NCBI GenBank assembly: GCA_029953675.1
Contig: JAMWBK010000002.1
Coordinates: 1,612,001-1,676,000 of the forward strand
Direction: 5' to 3'
From: Rhodosorus marinus CCMP1338
Taxonomy: Eukaryota > Plantae > Rhodophyta
Length of the DNA: 64,000 nt
Position numbers and translations under genes: made by a program
Notes under the pieces: generated by a model
What the model was told of the DNA's origin: nothing
Database searches by the model: none
What the model saw: the letters and a program-made list of their open reading frames with translations, nothing else
Part shown: piece by piece, positions 1 to 12,676 of the stretch
How positions within the stretch are numbered: the first letter of the stretch is position 1
Layout of the letters: the number at the start of each line of letters is the position of its first letter

Positions 1-3000
1 AACCTTCAGTCAGGTAGGTTCTTGCGTAGGATACAATCACATCCGTTTGAGCGACAGCAATGAACCGCAGTCCGTCTGATTCTGAGTGCAAAAATCCAAT
101 GCTCCGCAAACAGAGTTTCTACAACAACATGAGAGATCGAAACAGTCCCGTCATTGAGGAAGGTCTTGCCCTTCAGAACTCCACCACCATTGAGTTTCGT
201 CCTGATCTCGTTCGCTTCGGAATGCAGAGGCTGGACAATGACGCTGTGGAGTTCATGCGAAAACGGACGTGGGACATTGCCGCTTGTCTTGCTGATGAGG
301 GTGTCCAGGTCACTTTCAACGGTGACAGGATCCCATTTACGAGTTTCAGAGACTACGCCGCTCTGCATGGACGGGTAAGCTTTTTCGAGATATCTTCGGG
401 GAAGCGTGCAGCGTGCTCCGTTCCTAACCAAACTAGAGTGGTTTTCTAGGAACCGGTCTCAGATTCTTCGCTTATTTTTGGGAGCGGGCGGAGATTCCAG
501 TACGGCATGAGGATTCTCAGCGAAGATGAGAGATCGCCGTTGGTAGGAGTCCAGCAAGTCAGTTTTGTGAACAGCGTTGCAACGTACAGGGGAGGGTCCC
601 ATGTCCAACTTGTTCTTGAGCGGGTCCTCAAAGCGGCTGGAGCTACGCCTGAGGACAGGGTCTCCAACGCTATAGTCAGAAGCAATGTACTGCTCTTCGC
701 GAAAGCGACGTTGGACAAACCAAGTTTTGAGTCGCAGAGCAAAGAAATGTTAACAACGAAGGTAACCGACACATGTTTTGGACTCTGCTGTATCTCGCTT
801 CCCAACCGGACGTTCAGCTTCCAGGCCCTAACCACGAAGATGGACGAGCACTGTTGGGGCTTAACTCTTCTCGCTTTGTTCTTTTGAAAGCTTGACGAGG
901 CTAGGAACAACCTTAAAATGGCGGCGCGGTTTATACCTGACGTCACGAAGAGCAGTGGGCTAGTGGAGTTGCTTGCGAGGGCCGTGGAGAGCAATTCCTG
1001 GAAAAATCTTCAGGCTACTGCGAGGACGAACAAGAAGGATAGAAAGCATCTTTTGGTGCCCAAGCTGGAAGATGCGTTGAAGGCTGGAAAGAACGAGGGC
1101 GATCAGTGCACTTTGATTGTGACCGAGGGTGACTCTGCGAAGGCCTTGGCAATGGCAGGCCTTGCGGTTATCGGCAGAGACATCTATGGCGTTTACCCGC
1201 TGAGAGGAAAAATGCTCAACGTCCGGGACCAAGCCACGAAAACTGTAGCGAAAAATGAGGTACCGTCTTTCACGGATGGGTTTCACAGGCAGGGCTTGCA
1301 TGGAAATACTGAACAGGCTTGTTCGCCGACTCTTGTGCTCCTGGTTAGGAACTCACAAATATTGTGCGTGTACTCGGCTTGAGATATGGAGTTGACTACA
1401 GCAAGCCCCACGAAAGAGCGACTCTACGTTACCGCAAGATCATGCTCATGACCGATCAGGATCATGACGGGCATCATATCAAGGCTTTGATGATGAACTT
1501 TTTCCATCACTTCTGGCCGGAATTGCTGCAGTCGAACTCCTTCTTCGAGACTTTCTCCACACCTATTGTAAAGGCGATCCACCCGAAGCTGTAAGTAGAA
1601 TACGAGGACTTGTCTGACGCCGGCGATAGTTCGGCAACCTAACAAGCAAGGTTTGTTTACTTTTCAGGGGTGTAACTCCATTCTACGACCTGAAGGCGGT
1701 GGAGGAGTACAAACAAACACTGGACCCTGCAACCCTTGAGGGAACAACCTTCAAGTACTACAAGGGTCTGGGAACGAGTACCAGGGAAGAGGGACAGGAG
1801 TATTTTCGGGACATTGATAACCATCGCTCTTCATTTAAGTGGACAGAAGGTAAGCACACTGTACACTAATTCAGTTTGTGTAGTGATGGCCTCCGGTTCT
1901 AATTGAAGCTCCGCGGTTCACAGGCGCTTCGGACCTGATTGATATGGTGTTCAGGCGTGACCGCACTCAGGAGCGCAAGGATTGGTTTTATCGCGAGAAT
2001 CCGGGAACAAAACTGTTCAACAACAGAATCGTCGAATACGAAGATTTTCTCAACAATGAAGTGCTTGAGTTCTCGCGGGCTAATGTTATCCGCTCAATAC
2101 CAAATATCGTGGACGGAATGAAACCTTCGCAGCGTAAAATCATGTTTGCGTGCATGAAAAAGAATCTTTACCAGAAGGAGATGAAAGTTGCACAGCTTTC
2201 GGGGTATGCTGATGCGTTTTTAAGGTGCTCAGCGTCATCGCTGACTCCTAGAAGGGGGAGCTGACTTTAAATTTTGTCGATGAACGTGCAGGTATGTCTC
2301 AGAGACAACCGCGTATCACCATGGCGAGAGTTCCATACAGAACACGATAACGAAAATGGCTCAAGCTTTTGTGGGAGCCAACAATCTGCCGCTTCTTCTA
2401 CCAGGCGGGCAATTTGGAACGCGACTTCAAGGAGGTGACGATCACGCGTCTGCCCGGTGAGCGGAGAGCCTTTTTCAAACGCTGACTTTTTGCAGGGTCT
2501 TTTCGCTTAAAATATGCGGACAAATTGGCCGCTTTGTTATTGTAGATACCTGTTTACGAAGCTCTCTCCGCTCGTAAGGAAGATTTTCGTGCCCGAGGAC
2601 GACTTGATCTTGCGTCATAAGGAAGATGACGGCCAATCAGTGGAACCGGAAACGTTTTATCCCATCGTCCCGATGATTCTTATCAACGGAACCCAGGGAA
2701 TTGGTAGCGGGTTCTCAACAATCGTTCCTGGGTAGGGAATGCTCCTCTTCAGCGGAAACCCTTCTGCTGGTAGTGGCCTCTAAGGACAGCTCTTTTTCGG
2801 CTCTCAATTTATCAGTCATGATGTGGTTGATATTATCGACAATATTCTCAACATACTAGACGGAGGTAGATGCCAGCAGTTGAAGCCATATGGCAGGGGT
2901 TTTACGGGGACGATCAGCCAAGATGGAGGTGCGCCCGGTTGACGACCTCAAAGCCTTCAGGAGTTTGAGGGCAATCGAACTTTGCTCACGTAGTGGAAAA

Positions 3001-4180
3001 TCTTGTTTTCCCGCCTTCTCTTCGTATGCACCTCCAGAAACTGGGGACTGGATATCTGAAGGCATTATGGAGATTCCTACAGGAAACAGGGGCAAAAATC
3101 ATGCAAAAATTACGGAATTGCCTTTAGGAATGTGGACTGAGAACTATAGATCGCACTTGCTGGACATGGAGGCAAAAGGGGATGTGGTCAAGAGATTTAG
3201 GGAGAAGTTCACAGATTCAACCGTCATGTTTGACGTATATTTCACAAAGACTGGAGCAGAAATGCTTGCTGGAAAACGGCGGAAGGGAAAGGACATAATG
3301 ACCGCGCTCAATCTGCGGAAAAAAGTTAGCAGTGTGTACTATCTATTCGACGAACACGCCAACATAAGGCGCTTCAATGGGGCGGAACACGTGAGTCTGC
3401 AGCTCACATAAGGAGTTTATGTTACGGTCCTGGTGTTACCGGATCAGCCTGTGGCGAGTAAGACTAATGTTCACACCTTTATGCACTTCTCTCCGAAGGT
3501 TTTGGAAGAATTTGTGGATGTCCGAATGGATAAGTACGCGGCAAGAAAGGCAGCAGCTCTTGCCAAATTGCAGGAAGACCTTGCCAGCCTGGAGACTAAG
3601 ATGCGCTTCAGCAAACTAGTTAACTCTGGAAAGCTTAAACTATTCAATCGACCGTTGGAGGAGATTGCGGCGGAGCTGAACAGTCTGAACTTCAATGCCG
3701 TAGGTGGCAACTTGCTTGGGTACTCCTACCTCTTGAACACTTCTTTCTCGCAACTTACCGCCGAGGCCATCGACGTCCTTTCAAAAAAGTATAATAAGGT
3801 ATTCGGTCATCGCCGCTTTCCAGGTTGGACCTCGCCCTTGTGAGCGCATGTGAGTTGATGAGTTTGAACGTTCTTTTGTTACGCAGGTCGCAGACGACGT
3901 GAAACAATTAGAGGAGGCATCTCCAAGCGATTTGTACCGAGAAGACTTGAAAGAGCTCCTAAAGGCGATCCGGGAAGAGTCCCGGCCCGGTAAAAGCATG
4001 GCTGTTGTCGACCGAGCCCATCAAAGCGAGCTTCGTCAAGACCGTGAAGAAGAGTACATGGGCAGAATAGAGCAGCTCATCCGCCGATTGAATCGGACGA
4101 GTACTCCTGGTAGTAAGGTGGATGAGGGCGATTCTTCTGGGGAACAAGCTACGAAACTCGCAATGGGTGGGAGCCTCTAA
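1..4180 (+). CDS. TOP2: DNA topoisomerase II (eukaryotic type IIA), multi-exon, 5' end outside window
   Basis: Joined exons give [16 protein letters not shown] (GHKL), [12 protein letters not shown] and [21 protein letters not shown] (TOPRIM), [36 protein letters not shown] and catalytic SAR|Y split by an intron; stop TAA 4178-4180. Confidence 0.95.
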
Positions 4181-4370
4181 TTGCTGCAACTTCATCGACT
4201 GTCGTCGAGGCTCACTGCTGTAGGGATTAACGCGAGAACATGGAGCGTTCTCGAAATAAACCAAGGTTATTTTGTTTTTTCGCTTTTGCTTCCCGTTTAC
4301 TTCATGCCCGGCGTTCAAGGTGCCGATGCTGGGTCTGCGGTCCATCGCTCAAGATCGTTCCTTCGCTTGA

Positions 4371-4544
4371 AACTAATGACCAACAACAGATTGCGGCCGC
4401 ACAAGTCATCACTTATGAAGTTCATCAACTTCGCTGAGGCCGCTCATGCAACTAATGACCAACACCAGATTGCACTGCTGTGCTTACTGGGGCCGCATAA
4501 GTCATCACCTATGAAGTTCATCAACTTCTCTGAGGCAGCTCATG
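4371..4544. repeat. Imperfect tandem duplication (79 bp unit plus ~95 bp unit with insertion)
   Basis: aactaatgaccaaca(a/c)cagattgc...ggccgca(c/t)aagtcatcac(t/c)tatgaagttcatcaacttc(g/t)ctgaggc(c/a)gctcatg starts at 4371 and again at 4450. Confidence 0.92.
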
Positions 4545-4657
4545 GGGAGCGACTAGGTGTACCGTGGTCAAGCGGATGGCGGGCTACGACAACTATGCAA
4601 AAGCGCGAAAAGAGCGGCATATTTTACATCGCCCAGGTGCTAACTATACAACCTACA

Positions 4658-6551
4658 TCAACTTACGAGCGCTTCCAGAATGATCTGATAGCCGCTTTCC
4701 TGAGCGGTAGGATCTCGCTGTTCTCTAACGATGTCAATCAGGCCTGGTAGCTCCCCCGAGAGGTCCATGAATCCCGACAGAAAATTGAGCAGGTGAAAGT
4801 CGGAAATCCTCCGCACGAATCTTGGTTCTTCACTGCTGTTCAAATTTTTAGCTGCAATGACACGCGAGGAAAGAAGTTCAGCAAGCTAGCTTCGATTTTG
4901 CCGCCGTTCCGTTAATGCGGTTTCTGAAGTAACGTACCAACATCCTCAATGAGCTGAGGAGCAATTTCGCGGTTCTCAACTGGGAACTTGGTTCTGAGCC
5001 AGCTCTTATGGCTTTTGATTGCAACATTAATTAGAAAGAATTCGGTTGGAATCGAATCCGTTTCAGCATTCTCCACCAATACCTTGTCGTGCGTGAACGT
5101 TCTATCCTTGTCCTGATATAAAACCCATCCCTCGGGGTGCGTCTTCACCTTGCCTGAGTTCCTTCGTTGCATTTCCGCCGGAGCAAAAACCCCGCGACGA
5201 TACATTTCTATACATTGGTTGCTTAGTTGATAAGAATTGAAGTGAATGCTCCCATCTTCACTCGGAGAGACCGTCAGAATGATGAATGCATCTGCGTCAC
5301 TCTCGCCAACCTCATCCAAAAACTCCACCTGAAGCTTCGCGGCAGATACTATGTCGTATCCGGAGAGAACAGCGTTCCTCGTTCTGTGCGAGAAAATCAG
5401 TCCAACCTGATACCCGTGAAGAGATAGAAAGGCAGAGTTGCATCCCAAGGTCAGGGTTACGGAAATGCACATCCGACACTAGGGTTTACAATCCTTAACC
5501 TCTTTCATCAGACTTTTTTTATGGGTCTAGAAAGCTTACCGGTAGCAAACCAAGCTGTCTACTCAACGAGGCTGCTCGTCTGGATAACTGCAGAGCGCCG
5601 GGGTTAGTTTGAATACTATAAACCTTGTCCGTGCCCTCCTGGGGAGGTTCGTAAATTGCTAGTACGTTCGTCTAATACAAGATAACAAACAAACATATCG
5701 TTTAAGTCGTAAAGGCATTAGAAACTTGATCCAATTCGTGGCGTGAGACTCGTGGATTGCGCAGTCGCTCACCTCTTCCTTCTCGATGGTGCCGTAGAGG
5801 ACGCCACATCGTTGTTGTTGGAACTGAATCTTCGACAGGTAGCTCTGGAACTCAAACGCTGCTTCGTTGTCTACTACAGCCACTTTTGTTCTTCCCTCTT
5901 CTTGCCTCTTGATAATGAAGCGGAATGCCTCCAACGCCGAACTCACGGCCATGGACATACCCCCATCAGTCCATACATCCTTCAGGGCCTGTTTTAGTCT
6001 ATCCTCCTTAGTTTCGGATACTGTGCAACTTGTGCAAACCATTTGTGGTCCATGAAATTTGCACTTTGCTTTCTGCTTAGAACACGGGTAAACAAGAGTG
6101 AACCGCTTTCCCTAAGGTCAGGTTCTTCCTTAACTTCAAAAAGGTTTTTTTTTTGGAATCGCAAAAACCAAGCGAACTAGACTAGTATAAGACGGCAACG
6201 AACCTTCTTCGAAGATGAGCTTTCGGGAGCACTTCCCGACACGCTTTCCTTCATACTTTCGGTCGCAGCTCTCGCGACATCTCCATTCATTTCGGTATCA
6301 TTCTGGACCTTTGGAGCCTTTGATTTCAAATAGACAAAATCCCCATTTGAGAGGCCCAAGTCGGAGATTTTCTTCTCCATGATCATCTCTTCTGCTTGAC
6401 CCTTGGGGTCTTTATACGCCTTGATCGCTCCCAGCGTAATATCTTCATCGCTTACAACCTGCGAATCCAACAATAAGGACAACAGCGAATCCAAACCCGA
6501 CCCGCTTCCTCTAATGGTGCTTCCGTCCGGCTTTTTGATCCTCAGAATCAT
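4658..6551 (-). CDS. NPL4: Nuclear protein localization 4 (Cdc48/p97 cofactor), multi-exon
   Basis: N-terminal MILRIKKPDG ubiquitin-like domain, CKFHGPQMVCTSC zinc motif, QQQRCGVLYG, GLIFSH, FPVENR, RRISDFHLL; stop TGA at 4658-4660. Confidence 0.92.
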
Positions 6552-7118
6552 CCTTTCAACCCAAAACCAAAACTATTCTCCAAGCAGCGATCCCACCCAC
6601 TACAAAGTTCCTAACCTAACATCCCAAGTTACAACAACCGCCAAATTTTTCCGCGAACGGAAGGATACCAAGTAAAGCAATCCAATCTCTCTCTAGGAAA
6701 TCACTCGGCAGATCCCAAACAACCCTCTCACCAACTCAGCAGTCACAAATCCGCCACCAATACACCGCCTCTAGCTCACAGATTGTTCATCAACCAAGTC
6801 CCCTCTCAGAAGTTCCCTACTTTGAAATTAATCCTCCGATCAATTCGAATTGACTTGATGCTTCCATCACCACCTTGGTACATCGAACATCCCCGACAGT
6901 CAAATGCCCTATCCACATCCCCTCTATGCACTCACCGCCCCCCTACCCCTCCCCCGCTGTCCACTCCCAAATCGTCACTGACAACAGTGCGCATTTGTTT
7001 GCGTCACTATTATATTCAATCTATTTATGACGATATATTCTCATAAATAATTATAAACAATATATATCTTAATATAGACTGAATGATAGGGTGACGGTTA
7101 CATGACATGCTGGATTCG

Positions 7119-7146
7119 TAATTGTCCCACTCGGCTGGGACAATTA
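7119..7146. other. Perfect 11-bp inverted repeat with 6-nt loop
   Basis: TAATTGTCCCA-ctcggc-TGGGACAATTA, ~30 bp downstream of a TAGGGTGAC motif at 7087. Confidence 0.9.
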
Positions 7147-10100
7147 AACTTGAGCATAACTGTCATGGTTGTGGATGGGTCAGAATGGTCTGATTAGTTT
7201 TGGTATTCTAGATGGTACTAAATATTTCAGATGACAATTCAACTTGGCCCCATTCTTAATGTCCGGTTGCGGGAGTTTGGGGATGGATTGGCTCCGGTTT
7301 CGTAGTGTTCTGGACCGAGTGGTCCCGGCAAGGCTTTGCGGCCTCGAACGAAGCGGGGCCAGCGGAAGATTCGACTTTATTTGACGATTCGCGGCTGCTA
7401 ACTAGACATTTGCTGGGTTTATCACTGTTGTGTACAGCCCTTGTCGCCTGGGACATGTTAGGCTGGGTTCCTCGCGGCAGCACTTTTCAATGTTCTGGAA
7501 TGTTCCATGTTGTTCTATGCGCTGGAAACGATCTCCCTAGTAAGGCGAGAAGCTCTATCACTTTCCTCCGGGGCCTTTGGGACGTACGATTGTCCGCTTG
7601 AGAGGAACAATCCACGGCGTGCATAGAGGTGATCATTGATTCTAGTTCGGCATGAGTGATGCGGTTGGGTAAATAGATCGATCGACCAGAGGGCGAGAGT
7701 TCACCAAGATTCATTCTCCATACGATTCAATTCCTTGAACTAAATACCTTGCGTCATCCACCTTGAATATTGCATGCATTTTATCTACGGACATTTGAAT
7801 ATTGCGTTCTTCTGTTCCGAGCGAACTGTGTGAGCTCACTTTCGCATCCCCCACCTTATCTCAGGTGACCTCGGCTTAAGCATCATATATACACCAATGC
7901 CCTCAGACTTCTAGTCTCCGCTACCATGCTATATCAAGGTTTCCTGTTCGGCCCTTTCGTAGTGTATACAAGTTGTACGCATGGTGGTTCCTTGCTGTTC
8001 GTAATCAGAACCAGCTCTATAACCAGCAACCGATCCACAAAGCATTGGTGTTAGGTACATGGGCGGCTCTGAAAGAGACAAGAGGTATTTCTTTGGCTTG
8101 AAGGAAGCTGGGCATGGTTCGATCGCTTCAGGCAATAGTCGGCATCGCCCGGAGGATTCAAACCAAGGTCGTGACAGTGGGGAAGAGCGTACGCGGCAAG
8201 TGAACGAAGCAACGGACTGTGAGCCATGGCTGAGGCTCGAGCGAGAGCAGACGAGTAGTCATTGAACTTCCAGGACTTGCGTGAGCGCCCCTTGATTGGT
8301 CTGCTTTTCTTAGCTTTCTTGTGCTCTGCTCTGGCGTCCTGGCCTGGTCAAGCTAACAGGTTAATACGGATGCGGAGAGTCTCAGGTGAGCAAACACGGC
8401 AACCTTGCACCCTTGCCCTGTTTGTACTAGGAAGGAGAACGATTAGCACACTAGACGACTTCTCCTCTACCTGGGTCGTCCCACAACGAATAGCACTTCC
8501 GAGCATGCCTGGTGGTAGCTATTTTGTTGAGGATGGAAGTTGGCCAGTGAACTCCGGGCTCTCCGTACTTGTCGTTTATTTCAGAGTTTGCTCCACCTGT
8601 ATGGCTCCATGCTGGTTATGGTTGAGAAGACGTTCTTCTTTCTGTTGGTTTTGTTTTCTAGAGGGTGGAAGGTTTTGAGTGTGCCCGCGAAGATTATGCT
8701 GAAAGCCTGTAGCGGGCGGACGTGGAGGAGTGAACCAAAAAAGGTGACAATTCAAGCCCGTAGTGAAACCTGTCTCGTCGACATGGTCAGTAGACTATCA
8801 ACTACTATCAAGTTCATCATGGTCGAGTTTGGATATTCACATTCGGCAAACTTTTCTAATGAACCTGGCTCATGGAGTTTCACCTGAACACGCAAGAAAT
8901 CCCAATCTCTTGCCTTGTTGAGTGTTGCAGTCCATCCAGGTGCAGAGAATAACAAAACCAGATGCTACAAATTCGGACGCATGTCGACAACCCGCTTTCA
9001 AAAACTACGGAATCGACTTGATGAGCAAGGCTAACCCCTTCCCCGCACAAGGAAATTCTTAGGCTCCTGACTGTCACACAGCAAATATGAGCAACCTCGC
9101 CTGCAGTGACCAGTCTCTATCGACTCGGTCGTACGAGCAGCCAAGCTCAAATTTCCATCCCGTCAAGATCGGACCATTGATTTGTTGTTGAAATTCGGTT
9201 TGCCACAAGCATCCAAAAGACTATACTTGAAGAAAATAATCAGCTTGTCAACCTGCAGATCTAGATGAGAAATAGACTTCCCAGCGCTTCCATGATTTGC
9301 TCAGGATGAACAGGCTTGAGCGCCATTTTTGAGCTTTGTAGTGCTTGAGGATATCTCGCCCTCGCACTTGTTGCCGAAAATTCCGTGTGCGACAGTTTAG
9401 TCCCAAGTTGCTTGCTTTCTCAACGGGCTAAATAACTCATCCCCAGAAAAGGGCGAACAGTTCAGCCGCTGTATTGGACTGGGAATTCACTCACAGAAAT
9501 CGGTTAGCCGTCAGCCCCTGGAAAACCAATAGTTTTCTTTGGATAGTGAATTTTCCCGTATAATAGATTGGTTGCTAATCTACAAAATCAATTGATAAAT
9601 ATAGTATTTTCCGTGAGTGCAAATTGCGTATGAAGGGCCAGGGGCGAGCGTGACTCGCCTACATTTGTCGCGACCCCAGGACGCGATTTACAAAATCATG
9701 GAACCTAGGCTCTCGTTTAGGAATGGTATTATCCAATGATATCTGCTAGAGACGATTAGTAGACTATGAAGGAGAATAATTGGCCATCACCACACCGGCT
9801 TGGTCAGATAGTCTGTGTCTGATAGCACGAAAAGGGAAATTTGGTGAGTGGAATTGAGAATCCACAGTGATAGAAAGGGCTGGATGTCGATGTAAGCTGC
9901 AGAATTGTGACCGAGGGGTTGCCGGAGTCCACTATCCTAAGCAAAAAGTGGATTAGGCATCCGACTAGTGCAGGTTGCTTTATGAATCTAGTAAAATACA
10001 CGAGTCTGGCTTGCTAATAAGAAGTTTGGAGTCCTGCTGTAAAGCTACGAAAGCTCCTCATTTTCAGTCAAAATCTTCAGATGTTAATTGCCATATGGCG

Positions 10101-10898
10101 CACAACACGCAAAATTGGGCTAGTTTAAGTGTATCTGAGAAATATTTCTAAATATACGCTTCTATAGTCTAAATAATGATCATACCTGCACCTGAGGGCA
10201 TACGAAGGCGGGGTCATGAGGACGTGTGGGAATCGAGAAAAGAAACTTTTTAGTAAAAAAAGAAACTGATCTTAGCGTTTTTAGACCAAACCGCTCGTGT
10301 GGATATCACAGCAAATATTCGATTTTCAATATTTTAATGGAAAATACTGGATGGTACGTATTTTTTTTTCCATTGCCACTGGTAGGTTCTCATCTATTTG
10401 TTAAAAAGCGAGATGTTTTTATGAGTCTCAAAATTGATTTCTGAAAATTAGTACCCCCCACAATTACATCCGAAAGCTGCTTGCTTTTCTACTGTTCATC
10501 AGTTAACCTCAGCGTCTGGGAGTTAATCACCCAAATAATGCATATTTCAGATAGCTAGTTTTTTTAATGAATAATTCTTTGATATGTACGTACTTCCGAG
10601 GGGTGGCTAGGTGGGGAAGGCTGAAACGCATGGGAGGAGGAAAAGGGGGGGGAAGGGAAAGGGTAAATCATTCCTACGCTTTGGGTAACCTCGTTTGCTT
10701 TTAAAAAAAAGGTACAGGCTTGGCTTGGGGAAAGTTGGAAAGGAATAGCAAAAACTGCGGCTGGTCAGTTTTCTCATTTTTGTTTTCTTTTGAAATGTGT
10801 TGAGGCTTTTTGAGTCTTGAATCATATATGGATGTTGAACACTTTCCTTTGAAAAGTCTCGTTATAAGAAGGTACCAACGTAGGTGTTTGGAGTTGTT

Positions 10899-10928
10899 GG
10901 GGGAGGGAGGGGGGAGGGGGGGAAGGGG
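10899..10928 (+). other. G-run tract with G-quadruplex potential in a purine-rich leader
   Basis: gggggagggaggggggaggggggg aagggg: at least four runs of G3+. Confidence 0.6.
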
Positions 10929-11144
10929 TGAAGGATACGGTGTTGTGAGTATAGCGGATGATCTGAGCTCCCTGTATGATTAGGAATACTGTACTGGGGT
11001 TTGGTGGGTAGTAAGGAAGGGCAAGGCGTTGATATAGACTTGCTGTGTTTGTTTTGCTAGTTGAAGAACGGGATGGAGGATAGGCAGCCTGTACCTCGGT
11101 CCGGCACTGGTTTGAGGTCTCGGAGGGAGTTGGGATCTTTTTAT

Positions 11145-12053
11145 ATGAGGAGAAAGGAGAGTGGTGAAGTAGGTGCAAGAAGTTCGGCGAATTTATATTC
11201 TACGCCAGTGTCTGCCCCGGTAGGTGGGGAGGGAAAAAAGTTCACTCCGAGACGGGCTCCGTCGTTTGCAAGAGGGGTTGGCAATGGGACTGGAGGAAAC
11301 CCAAACGCGCAAAGGAACCAAATTTACGACTCGTTTGCAAGACTCTCTCCGGCTGAGAGACAGCAGCTTGTTGACGGTCTCGAGAAGAGGATGGCTAATG
11401 GAAACATGGCAAACGGAGATATGCAGCGAAAGAGCCTTCCGAGACCGCGCTCCAAGTCGTTGGAAATTGAAACTCAGCTCTCAGATTCTTCTGATGACTT
11501 GAAACCAAAGGAGGACACTGAGAATCCGCTGATTGAGGATCCCGTTTTGGTTTCAACTCGGAGCAATCTTTCGGACTTTAGCGACGCTGAGGAGGTGGAA
11601 AGCGAGGAACTAGAAGGCGAGGCCCGTGAAGTAGGAGAAGAAGTCGAGCGATGGCTTAATGAGGGTTTAAATGAGCAGGCGGAGAAGGGAACTAGCAATA
11701 TTGGCTCGGCGGTGACCACCGATACAGTTTTGGAGGTGGGAGCATGCCCGAACTGCGAAGACTCAGCCAAAAAGATTCAGGCAATGGAGAGCACCATGTC
11801 GAAGATGCAAAGCGAGATAGTTGAGCTAAGATTGAAATTGAAGAAGAAATCAAAGAAATGGAACAAGCTGGGGATGCGTGGTTCAGGATCGAAAAAGGGC
11901 CAGTCGCATGTCGTAGATGCAGATAAGACGCAGTTCGATTCGGAGAGAATAATAGCAGAACTCTCCTCCAGACTCGAAGACACGGTGATGGAACGTGACC
12001 AATACATGGAAATCGCGAAGCGGCACATTGAGCAAGCGGTTGGAAACCAATAG
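11145..12053 (+). CDS. Hypothetical intronless protein: disordered N-terminus, acidic middle, C-terminal coiled coils
   Basis: ~300-codon ORF from ATG 11145; heptad-like segment AKKIQAMESTMSKMQSEIVELRLKLKKK; G-rich leader upstream. Confidence 0.7.
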   Translation: MRRKESGEVGARSSANLYSTPVSAPVGGEGKKFTPRRAPSFARGVGNGTGGNPNAQRNQIYDSFARLSPAERQQLVDGLEKRMANGNMANGDMQRKSLPRPRSKSLEIETQLSDSSDDLKPKEDTENPLIEDPVLVSTRSNLSDFSDAEEVESEELEGEAREVGEEVERWLNEGLNEQAEKGTSNIGSAVTTDTVLEVGACPNCEDSAKKIQAMESTMSKMQSEIVELRLKLKKKSKKWNKLGMRGSGSKKGQSHVVDADKTQFDSERIIAELSSRLEDTVMERDQYMEIAKRHIEQAVGNQ

Positions 12054-12676
12054 CGTTACCTTTCGAACGAGTTGAGACAGTGAAGGCATGCATATTCCGT
12101 CCTTGGCACACAATTTTTGAGCGCATTTAACAACATACCAAATCGTGCAGATATCTTATGAAATGAAATTATTGAAGATCAGACATCCCAACCTACCGCA
12201 ACCGGCTGTGCAGGAGCACTAGTATAATAGCGCTTGCACTTGGTGGGCCGCTTGTGGGTGAAATAACCTGAAGCTCTCGCGAATGAACATATTAATAAAT
12301 TTGAAATATCCTTTAAACGAACCGTCTGGCCCTCCGGTTTCGGATGCTCATGCATTGCATCATGTGTGATCTAAATCTGAATCTGACTCTGGAGTAAGCC
12401 GGCGGCTGCGAACCAAGGACTGATTCAGCAGATTTTTCCACAAGTAGGTCCCTGAAGATACTGATGCATCACGTACAGGAAGATGTGGGGAAGACGTGAA
12501 CCTCTTCTTATACGTGTGAGAGAACAGAACTTTTACAAGTGCACAAGCAAAAACAAATCGGAGTCTGTTCTTCGAGTCCATTGGATGGTACGAAAGGCTA
12601 GATCGGGCTCGTTTTCTTGTTCGACCTGTGGAGAGGCTTGCGTCGAACCAAGAAGAGCCGCTATTGGGAGAACGAC

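Noticed and set aside
4371-4544. CRISPR-like array or C/D snoRNA pair
   Set aside because: Only two long units without unique spacers, no cas genes, and no convincing C plus D box pair on either strand
8400-8500. RTISTLDDFS as a DIRS-type RT YLDD motif
   Set aside because: Flanking RT motifs absent; too weak to call
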